Below, in pieces: positions 36,610-44,878 of a DNA stretch of 64,000 nt (the first letter of the stretch is position 1; every line of letters starts with the position of its first letter). The stretch is from Promethearchaeota archaeon. GTDB lineage: Archaea > Asgardarchaeota > Thorarchaeia > Thorarchaeales > Thorarchaeaceae. The notes under the pieces are model-generated. The model was given only the letters and a program-made list of their open reading frames with translations. It was not told where the DNA came from and searched no databases. A program made the translations under genes and the position numbers. Location of the stretch: contig JBHLPF010000006.1 in NCBI GenBank assembly GCA_048939765.1, positions 31,831 through 95,830 of the forward strand, given 5' to 3'.

Positions 36610-39414
36610 TCAGAAGAACTGGTCAAGTGTTGTAAATCCGAGCAATTCCTCGAAGTTGATTCCAACTGAGTCTAAAACTTGGCCAAAGACACTTTTCAGC
36701 GTGTCAATGTATTTGTCCTTGTCAAGCCAATAGCTCTTTTCACCTGCCAACTGGACAGGGAGAACTCCATCACTGCCCTTGATTTTGACATATTCCACTA
36801 TTGTTCCTGGTGGTACATCATAACCCGCACTCTGCAGCATCTCTGCTGCTCGGACATGTTGAGGCTTCGAAAGCCCGTAGTCCCCGATTCGTTTCGTAAT
36901 CTGAACCCGGAAAGCTAGCTCTTCAGGTGTATATGGATCTGCTTTTCCTTCGAGGCGGTCTATGACACAGTTGACAATTTCTCGAATCTCTTCCTTTGCA
37001 GCCTTAAAGCCTTCCAAATTGTCCACCTTGCTCAATGCATCAAGCATCTCACGGAAGGCATCTTGAACGAAGTCGGGGGTGTTTCTCTTCTTTCCGCTTA
37101 GTCCCTTCACTTCAACGTAGCCAGACTCATAGACTCCAATGTAGTTCTTCTTCCTATCCGACAGTGCGACATACTTGTATGTCTTCTCGACCTCTAAGTC
37201 AATACCCAGCGCCTCTGTCGACCACTTGACTAGCTCGTTTTGCTGCTCCTCAGTCGGATTATCAAGGAAGACCGAATCCGTGTCGCCATAAAGAACACGG
37301 ATTCCCATTTCCTCAGCCTTCTTCTTGGCTTCCATAATCGCATTGCGACCATAGGCTGTGGTGCTCTCTGCAGCAGGCATACAGAAGAGCTCGAAATGTT
37401 GAGCACCAGTGACACCATATGCGGCATTGACAAATACCTTTAGTGCTTTCTCAACGACTCCATACCAGGCTCGTGTCTGCTCGGTCAGAGTTTTATCTTT
37501 GCTCTTGGGTTTGAACCACTTTACACGGGTGTCTCTGAAGAATCCGATAGTTTGACTAATCATTCCCTTCCGTTCAGTACACACCCAGTGGTCTGTTTCT
37601 GGAACCCGATTCTTTGGATTGCTTCGACAGGACTCGTGAGGACAGTCAATGGTTTCGTAGCTAATGTTATGTTGTTTCATGATGGTTGGGTATAGGCTCG
37701 CAAAGTCAAGGACTGTAGCGTTGAAGTGAACCCCCGCCACAGGCTCGATCACAATGGCACCTTTGAAGCTCTTGTCTTTGATCATTGCTTCAGTCTGAGC
37801 CTCGACAGACTTGACACTATCTATGTCAATCCTGCGTGGAATGATGTAGTTCTTTGAACGATGTTCTTGCCTAAACAATGACTGAATCCAAGATGAGATG
37901 TATAGCCTGGTAACATCCTCCATTGAAAGCCGCGATACACGCATCAGTAGTACAATCAGTCTTAGAAGGAGATTATCATCAAAAGTAGTTAGGCGAAGAG
38001 TCAGATTGGCATCTCGCCAGCAATAATGAGCCAATTCGAAGTAATTGAGCGCAGAGATATCGTCACTTAAATCAAGCTTGCCAACACCCAAGAGACCCTT
38101 GGCAATAGACTCGAGGTTGAATTGTTCGTATGCTCCAGAAAGCGCATAGAGTCGGATTGATGGGTTCTTTAGGAAACGATATAGGTCTACGTGAATCCCT
38201 CTTTGCAGGAGCGCCAAATCTCTTGCAAGATAGATTGGGCAGTGCTTGTTCATGTTGATTCCTAGTTTCTGCGCGCGGTTATGCAGATACTGGAAGTCAA
38301 ACGCATCACCCACAAATGTGAGCACAATAGGATACGCATCAATGATTTTGAAGGCCTCGATAAGCATCTCTTTCTCGTCTTCATAGTAGACGATTTCCAG
38401 CTCTCTTGGGTAGTCTGATCTTTTCGTGCCCTCCTTTATCTTCGGCCTCTTCAGTATGAAGCACTTATCATATCCCTCGTTATCTGACAGTCCTATTGCT
38501 GTCACAGGATATGGAGCAGTCCGAGCATCAGGTATCCTATTCCTCACTGGTGTATACACCTCTATGTCTAGAGCAATCCTGCGAATGTCAGGGACTTCAG
38601 TGAAGAACATGGGGGCATACTCGGTGATTATCTTTTCAAGTCCTTCATCATCTTTAAACGTGCTCTTGAATTCCTCAAGCATCCTCTTGTCTAGTTTTGG
38701 AGCACTCGGAATAAGATTGCCATCTTCTATCCGATATGGCAAGCCTGAAACAATATTGGCATCATATGTGTAACAGTTCCGATACCGGATATTGGCCTCC
38801 CAAGCATGGCTCACATTTGTTGGGCCGGAGCGATCTACTAGGCGCTCCCTGATTGCACCAGCAGACCCGCCTATAGAGAGAGGGTCACTAGCAATTACCT
38901 TGGTCATCTTCACTGACTCATCGCGCAGAAGATCAGTGAGCTCGACAAGTTCGGAGCGAACAAATCCCTGATGACGACCAATCTTCCGCGTTGCCTCCTC
39001 TGGAGTATAGTCAGTATAACAATAGGGTTGGTGCCCAGTGTTATCAAACCAGAAATAGATCTTCTTGTCATCCGGATTATACAATCGAGCAAACGCCTTT
39101 CTCTGAGTGCCAGCATAGTCTACAGAGAGAAGGTATGAGGGCGGCAGAGTGGAAGGAGTTTCTCTCTCACCCACCTTGATCTCGGTCACCATTTCGACAG
39201 TATCATCGGGCGGAATCTCCTCATCTTCTATCTCAGGGCCGTTGTCTTCAACTAGTTCAGACTCATCTGTATGTTGATTGGGAGAGGATTTGGAGGGTTC
39301 ATCATGTGAAGGCTCTACCACTTCAGGCTCGTCTTCTTCAATATCAGCTCCGAAGAAGTCCTCGAGCGATGCCTGCTGGTCTTCAGAAGGCCTTTTGTCT
39401 CTCACCAGTTTCAC
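36610..39414 (-). CDS. polB: family B DNA polymerase (PolB1-like)
   Basis: ExoI LDIEV, ExoII F.GD.FD, ExoIII YCWRDA, DFASLYP, K...N..YG, YGDTDS, KKNY. DNTGHQPY and HWVC are B1-type features. Confidence 0.95.
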   Translation of the reverse strand: MKLVRDKRPSEDQQASLEDFFGADIEEDEPEVVEPSHDEPSKSSPNQHTDESELVEDNGPEIEDEEIPPDDTVEMVTEIKVGERETPSTLPPSYLLSVDYAGTQRKAFARLYNPDDKKIYFWFDNTGHQPYCYTDYTPEEATRKIGRHQGFVRSELVELTDLLRDESVKMTKVIASDPLSIGGSAGAIRERLVDRSGPTNVSHAWEANIRYRNCYTYDANIVSGLPYRIEDGNLIPSAPKLDKRMLEEFKSTFKDDEGLEKIITEYAPMFFTEVPDIRRIALDIEVYTPVRNRIPDARTAPYPVTAIGLSDNEGYDKCFILKRPKIKEGTKRSDYPRELEIVYYEDEKEMLIEAFKIIDAYPIVLTFVGDAFDFQYLHNRAQKLGINMNKHCPIYLARDLALLQRGIHVDLYRFLKNPSIRLYALSGAYEQFNLESIAKGLLGVGKLDLSDDISALNYFELAHYCWRDANLTLRLTTFDDNLLLRLIVLLMRVSRLSMEDVTRLYISSWIQSLFRQEHRSKNYIIPRRIDIDSVKSVEAQTEAMIKDKSFKGAIVIEPVAGVHFNATVLDFASLYPTIMKQHNISYETIDCPHESCRSNPKNRVPETDHWVCTERKGMISQTIGFFRDTRVKWFKPKSKDKTLTEQTRAWYGVVEKALKVFVNAAYGVTGAQHFELFCMPAAESTTAYGRNAIMEAKKKAEEMGIRVLYGDTDSVFLDNPTEEQQNELVKWSTEALGIDLEVEKTYKYVALSDRKKNYIGVYESGYVEVKGLSGKKRNTPDFVQDAFREMLDALSKVDNLEGFKAAKEEIREIVNCVIDRLEGKADPYTPEELAFRVQITKRIGDYGLSKPQHVRAAEMLQSAGYDVPPGTIVEYVKIKGSDGVLPVQLAGEKSYWLDKDKYIDTLKSVFGQVLDSVGINFEELLGFTTLDQFF

Positions 39415-39505
39415 TCACAATATCTGGACTAGTTATTCCTGATAAGCCCTTCCAAAAGAAACTCAGAGCGAACCCTTCATTAACTGGAATATGTGGGAAT
39501 CTTGC

Positions 39506-39943
39506 ATGGTTCGGTCAATAGAAATGGGTCTGAAAGGGGTCATCATCTCTCGGATGGACCCGGGCGACGATATTCTGAGGACGATTGAGCGCACTGCACA
39601 AGAACACCGTGTGAAGTCAGGGCAGATCACTCTCATTGGTGCGGTATCGAGGGCGAGGCTTGGATATTTTGATAGAGAGGCGGGAGAATACAAGGATTTC
39701 TTGATTGAGCGAGACCTTGAGGTAGTATCGGGTATTGGCAACATCTCACGTCTGGCGGATGGTAGCATTGTGGTCCATGCTCATCTTGTTGTTTCAGATG
39801 AGGAAGGAAAATGTTGGGGCGGCCATCTGATGGAGGGCTGTGAGGTTTCAGTCACCATTGAGCTTGTGATTCTAGAAACTACTACAGAACTGCGGCGTGC
39901 TAAGGATGAAATGACTGGTCTCAACCTCTTGGATATCAAGTGA
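39506..39943 (+). CDS. PPC/DUF296 domain protein
   Basis: RMDPGDD, IGAV, GNIS, HAH, GGHL. Confidence 0.9.
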   Translation: MVRSIEMGLKGVIISRMDPGDDILRTIERTAQEHRVKSGQITLIGAVSRARLGYFDREAGEYKDFLIERDLEVVSGIGNISRLADGSIVVHAHLVVSDEEGKCWGGHLMEGCEVSVTIELVILETTTELRRAKDEMTGLNLLDIK

Positions 39944-40382
39944 TATCGCCAAGTTTCGGCTCAGCTTCACGGATTATTTGCGCTAGCTCATCCAACTCCT
40001 CTCTTGGTGTCATCTCGCGGTGAGTGCCCGGCACCATTCTCGTCACGAAGCCATCGCCAGGCTCTCGAGGTATCACATGAAAGTGAATGTGGAAAACCTC
40101 TTGCCCTGCGCCTTTACCGTTGGCGATGGCATTTAGTATGCCTGATGGTTCTATGCTGTTGTACACTTTCCTCGTGAGTATTGCAAGTCGTTTGCTCAAT
40201 TCACCGAGCAGGCCCAGATCTATGTCAAGGAGGTTTACGTAATGTTGTTTTGGAACCAAGAGACAATGACCCCTATTAACGGGAAAGACATCCATGAAAG
40301 CCATCGACACATCATCTTCAAAGATCATCGAGGAAGGAATCTCACCTTTCACGATTTTGCAGAACAGACAGTCATCCGACAT
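39936..40382 (-). CDS. HIT family hydrolase
   Basis: CLFCKI, GHCLLVPK.H, AGQEVFHIHFHVIPR. Confidence 0.93.
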   Translation of the reverse strand: MSDDCLFCKIVKGEIPSSMIFEDDVSMAFMDVFPVNRGHCLLVPKQHYVNLLDIDLGLLGELSKRLAILTRKVYNSIEPSGILNAIANGKGAGQEVFHIHFHVIPREPGDGFVTRMVPGTHREMTPREELDELAQIIREAEPKLGDIT

Positions 40383-40536
40383 CCTTCAGCCACCTGCGAG
40401 TTTTTCATGTAGGCTCATTCGTGCGTAGGTTTTCAGTCTTCCGAAGGAGAGGAAGTGAGTAGATAACAGCTACACAACTCTCATTAGTTCTCTATTATCA
40501 TCTCATCCCATAACCTCTTGACAGGAGTACACACCA

Positions 40537-41709
40537 TTGAGCGGAAGAAGGAAGCTTGTTCTCTTTGACCAGACCCAAAATGAACGGGGTAGGCTTGATA
40601 CAACATATTCAGAACTCGCCAAGCTCCTGCAGGACAGCGACATCGATGTAGAACCTTATACCGAGTTCATGATACTTGCAAAGAACCTTGAGAATGCGGA
40701 CGTCATAGTGTTTGGTTGCCCAAATAGCTCAAAACTGAGGCCAGCCGAGATTGATGTTCTTAAGCGGTACGTGAAAAGTGGAGGTGGTCTGATGCTTCTC
40801 TCGCTGTCAGGAGGGGATCGAGGTCTTATGAACAACATGAGTCAAGTCTCGAAGGGATTTGGTATCAGTTTTGAAAACACAGCGGTAAGAGATGAGAGGA
40901 ACAATGCAGGCCTACCTACGATGCCTATCATCTCCAATGTGCTATCTCATCCTGTCACTGAAGATGTGCAAGATATCCTTGTTCCCTCAGGTTGCACATT
41001 GAACGTCACCGCCAAGGCAACAACAATAGCCAGTACATCTGATACTGCAGACCCTCCAAATAAGCCAGTTATAGCAATTGCAGAGTCAGGAAAGGGCCGC
41101 GTTATCTGCGTAGGTAGCTACGAAGTGTTCCGCAAAGGCGGCGGAATTAAGCATCAAAGTAACAGGACGTTTGCTGTCAATGCAATTAGATGGTTGAGCG
41201 GCGAGATAAGGACTGCTAAGCCTAGTGAGGTAGTGAAGGACCAGGAGAAGAGGGAAGAAGAGAAGCAGGCGAAGGTGACTACTACGGCTAACGCCGAGAT
41301 GGAGAAGACCATGCGTAGGCTAGTGAATGCTGTCTTTGATTTGCAGAAGGACATTGGAAAGCTGGACAAGAAGATGGCCAATGTGGAAAAGAACATCGAG
41401 TTGCTTCGAGACCAGTTCCAAGACTTCGCCGAAAAAACGCAGTCTCAGCTTGGTGTCATGATTCCGTCTAGGCAATTCCAGACCGATGAAGAAACTCAGG
41501 CTGCAGAGATGGAGGCAGATGCGAAGGCACTAGAAAAGGAGATCAAATCCGTGCAGGATCTCCGTGACCATATTGAAGAGAGGCACGCCTCCGGTGCAAT
41601 GCCTAAGGACACCTATGTCGAGCAGGCGGAGAAACTCGATGCACGTCTGAAGAGGCTGAATGAGAACCTGGAGAAGAAGAGGAAGGACCTAGAGAAGCTT
41701 ATTGAGTAG
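40537..41709 (+). CDS. GIFT (GldG/IFT52-like) domain protein with C-terminal coiled coils
   Basis: VLFDQTQNE, YSELAKLL, L.NADVIVFGCP, EIDVLKRYVKSGGGLMLL, N.SQV...FGI.F.N.AV.D, GKGRVI, N..FAVNAIRWL. No signal peptide. Confidence 0.75.
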   Translation: MSGRRKLVLFDQTQNERGRLDTTYSELAKLLQDSDIDVEPYTEFMILAKNLENADVIVFGCPNSSKLRPAEIDVLKRYVKSGGGLMLLSLSGGDRGLMNNMSQVSKGFGISFENTAVRDERNNAGLPTMPIISNVLSHPVTEDVQDILVPSGCTLNVTAKATTIASTSDTADPPNKPVIAIAESGKGRVICVGSYEVFRKGGGIKHQSNRTFAVNAIRWLSGEIRTAKPSEVVKDQEKREEEKQAKVTTTANAEMEKTMRRLVNAVFDLQKDIGKLDKKMANVEKNIELLRDQFQDFAEKTQSQLGVMIPSRQFQTDEETQAAEMEADAKALEKEIKSVQDLRDHIEERHASGAMPKDTYVEQAEKLDARLKRLNENLEKKRKDLEKLIE

Positions 41710-43180
41710 CAGGGCGTTGACGCACCGAAGCAATAATCCTTCGACCCATTTGTCTTGCCGGTTCTGCAAATACTTCATATGTTTGAGAGAATGACCGATG
41801 TATGATATATCCAGCAAGAATCAGAAGTAGATACAACATATAGACGGCTCTTGAAGGCACCATTATAACAAATCCGCAAATCATCGGGACAAGCATCATG
41901 GGCAAAGATACACTGACTCTCTCGGAAGACCTCCGGCACATGCTTGATGTCGATAGAATCGAGAAGAAAGGCACTAAGGCAACAGTATAGTATTTGTAAA
42001 TCCCGCGCGGCGAGAATATGTGGACACAGAGCATCAGAAGCAAGGTGAGGAATAGCATACGTCGCCAGTACGCCTGAAGACTCCGATCATCCTTCACCTC
42101 TTTCAACATGAGTGCCAGTATAGGGATGATAGCAATGAATATTCCCACTGAGTAGTACGTGAACAGATTGATGGCCTCCAATAGCCATTCTGGAAATCCA
42201 AGAATAATGAAAAGGACTACCAAGGTGATAGGATAGTTGATAGGCGGTGGAGATGTGAGGTCAGTCAGACGAGTTCCGCGGATACTGGAAAAAATTGCCC
42301 TTGCATAATTGAGTGGATCTAGAAGATATGGCAATGATGAAACCGCAGCGTACACACATACCACAAGTGCGATTCTCATGAAACCCTTCATATCCAATCT
42401 ATCACTCTCCGGTTTCTTTGCCTCTTCGCCACCATCCGAGTCTGACTCATCTTCAGAAATAGGCTGTGGGGCTCGTTTCAGTAGAAAGGCAACGAGGGGC
42501 AGTGCGAAGAAGAAGGCGGTCTGCTTGAAGAGAGCAGATGTTGTCATGGCGAGAGCCCCTGAAATCCGTTTATTGTGCATCAACAGGTAGAAGGATAGCA
42601 TTGAGAAGAAGACGAAAGGTGCTGGATTTAGCCACTCGAAGGCGGTGTGATAGAGCGTTATGGGATTGAAGAGATATGCTGCAGCAGCTATGGCTCCGAC
42701 ATGCCTATTCCCTGATAGATATGTGGAGATTCCATAGATAGGAAATGCTGTCAAGAAACCAAACAGGGAGAGAATGAAACCGATGCCCAAGTCTGTTTGG
42801 AGCAGTTTACCAATCACACAGAGATAGACATAGAAAGGGGGAAAGAAGTAAGGGACGTTGTAGTAGGCCTCATTCTGATATAGGAGATCGAATTCTGGTG
42901 TGTAAGGCACAAGACCACTAAGGAATTGATTTGCCCAGCTGTGGTAGAAGTAATCATGATCAGCCCAGCCCTCAAATGCGAATCTAATTGAGAAGCCAAA
43001 CAAATCGATAGATCCAAAGCCATTCCATACTGCTCGAGGCCATCGTGTGCTGGTAACGAAATCTATTGCCGCTTGGACAAAAACCCATGTCCAGAGTATT
43101 GCGGCTAAAAGAAGCACAATCACAAACAGGCGATGTTTCTTGAAATTGTCTATCACAAGGTCACGGGACAAGACAACCAT
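41699..43180 (-). CDS. GT-C fold membrane glycosyltransferase (GT87/PIG-M-like)
   Basis: FEGWADHDYFY, G.VPY, YFFPP, LFNP, FKQ; many TMs. Confidence 0.65.
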   Translation of the reverse strand: MVVLSRDLVIDNFKKHRLFVIVLLLAAILWTWVFVQAAIDFVTSTRWPRAVWNGFGSIDLFGFSIRFAFEGWADHDYFYHSWANQFLSGLVPYTPEFDLLYQNEAYYNVPYFFPPFYVYLCVIGKLLQTDLGIGFILSLFGFLTAFPIYGISTYLSGNRHVGAIAAAAYLFNPITLYHTAFEWLNPAPFVFFSMLSFYLLMHNKRISGALAMTTSALFKQTAFFFALPLVAFLLKRAPQPISEDESDSDGGEEAKKPESDRLDMKGFMRIALVVCVYAAVSSLPYLLDPLNYARAIFSSIRGTRLTDLTSPPPINYPITLVVLFIILGFPEWLLEAINLFTYYSVGIFIAIIPILALMLKEVKDDRSLQAYWRRMLFLTLLLMLCVHIFSPRGIYKYYTVALVPFFSILSTSSMCRRSSERVSVSLPMMLVPMICGFVIMVPSRAVYMLYLLLILAGYIIHRSFSQTYEVFAEPARQMGRRIIASVRQRPATQ

Positions 43181-43183
43181 GTT

Positions 43184-44845
43184 CTATGCCTCCGTCATCT
43201 TCTTAGGGTCCTGAATCTTGGTTCCTTCATAGGCATAGTCAAAAAGCCTCTGTTTGGGTCGGTTCAGAAATGCTCTCAATGGACTAATTCGGGTAGATAG
43301 ACGCTTCTTGACAAGGTGAATAGGAAAAGTAGCCTGATGCCAAGTCGTCCCTAATTTCTTCGAGAGCAGATAGCCGACGAAAATGGCTATGACATAGGCC
43401 AGGTAGATGTTTCGAGAAGGAATGAGGATCATGAAGCTTAACAAGAAGGGTACCCAGATCATTGACGTGGAGAACCTCACCTTCTCTTCCATGCTGGTGC
43501 ACATGGTTGTCGAGGAATAGATAGAGAAGAAGGGTGCAAACATCGTGAAGTAATACTTGAAGACACCCCTTGGTCCGGCTATATTCACCCAGAGCATCAT
43601 GAGCAGAGTGAAGAAGAGAATGCGCCGTAGATACACACGCCTCTGCCCCTCATACTTCTGCTCCAAAATCATTAAGCCCCAAAAGACTAAGACTCCCATA
43701 ATCAGGAGCCCACCCGAGTATACCATGTAGTCAACAATCTCTGCAAGATTCGGAAGTCCTGCGACCACAAAGAGCACCTGTAGACGAATAGGGACACCAT
43801 AGCCTGGAACCTCAGTGAAGGATTCCATCTTGAACGCGCCAAAGGCTAGTCTAAGGAAATTCCAGAGATTGGGATTTGCCACAAAAAATGGATAGAGTAT
43901 TGCTCCAGCAAAGCCGAGAACAAGTACTACGCTCACTGCAAATTCTCGAAGATCAAAATACTCCCTCAGAGTGCCAATGATTCTATGAATAAGTCGCGGC
44001 TTGGGTGCATCAGATGAAACTCCATTCTCGGCAGATGATATCGCGGCGGTTTCGGAGTGGGCTGTTTCTTCTTTAGACTTAGCGGGCTGTGCTTTCACCA
44101 AGAGATATACAACCAGGGGAATTCCAAGTAGCCATGCAGTCTGTTTGAAGAGTGCAGCTGTTACGATGAGAAGAGTGCCTAGGTGGCGTCTTCCTACCAC
44201 AAGCATGTAGAATCCGAAGAAGAAGAAGAAGATGAATGGAGAGGGGTTCATCCAAAGAAAGGTCGTATGATAGAGAACATTTGGAGCAAATATGTAGGTG
44301 AATGCTGCTACTTCACCCACATGTCTGTTCCCTGATAGTTCCTTCCCAAGACCATAGACTGGGAAAACCGTCAGGTATCCGAACGCCGCCAATAGTAGGC
44401 CAATCCCCCATTCCGTGACGGGAAGCAGGATTCCAATAGCATATAGAATTACAGTGAGAGGAGGAAACATGTATGCTCCATTTGCATTCGAGACTCCGTC
44501 TATCACAATTTTGCCAAAATCTCCACTGTAGGGCAGAACTCCATGTAGCATGTTATGGCCCCAATGGACGTAGTAGAATGAATAGTCACTATACCCCTCA
44601 AACTGGTAGTAGATGGTCAAACCAAAGAAATCGAACTCTCCAGGATTCGCTCCAGGCCCGAGCCAGACATGTCTGGTGACCCAGTTGTCTGAGTCCAGAT
44701 AGTCTACCACGGCAGCCTGAAATATGGAAACCCAGACATAGAGACCAACCACGAGGATAACTATGAGGATTCCATACTCGAGCAAGAACCTCAAGGCTCG
44801 TCGTCTAATGTCTTTCGGAGGCATAGCAATAGGCTTCAGAGCCAA
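43184..44845 (-). CDS. GT-C fold membrane glycosyltransferase (GT87/PIG-M-like), tandem paralog
   Basis: FEGYSDYSFYY, GVLPY, YMFPP, FKQTA, PRGVFKYY; collinear with the neighbour. Confidence 0.65.
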   Translation of the reverse strand: MALKPIAMPPKDIRRRALRFLLEYGILIVILVVGLYVWVSIFQAAVVDYLDSDNWVTRHVWLGPGANPGEFDFFGLTIYYQFEGYSDYSFYYVHWGHNMLHGVLPYSGDFGKIVIDGVSNANGAYMFPPLTVILYAIGILLPVTEWGIGLLLAAFGYLTVFPVYGLGKELSGNRHVGEVAAFTYIFAPNVLYHTTFLWMNPSPFIFFFFFGFYMLVVGRRHLGTLLIVTAALFKQTAWLLGIPLVVYLLVKAQPAKSKEETAHSETAAISSAENGVSSDAPKPRLIHRIIGTLREYFDLREFAVSVVLVLGFAGAILYPFFVANPNLWNFLRLAFGAFKMESFTEVPGYGVPIRLQVLFVVAGLPNLAEIVDYMVYSGGLLIMGVLVFWGLMILEQKYEGQRRVYLRRILFFTLLMMLWVNIAGPRGVFKYYFTMFAPFFSIYSSTTMCTSMEEKVRFSTSMIWVPFLLSFMILIPSRNIYLAYVIAIFVGYLLSKKLGTTWHQATFPIHLVKKRLSTRISPLRAFLNRPKQRLFDYAYEGTKIQDPKKMTEA

Positions 44846-44878
44846 CCCCTTATATTTATCCTCATAAGCATAGATCTC

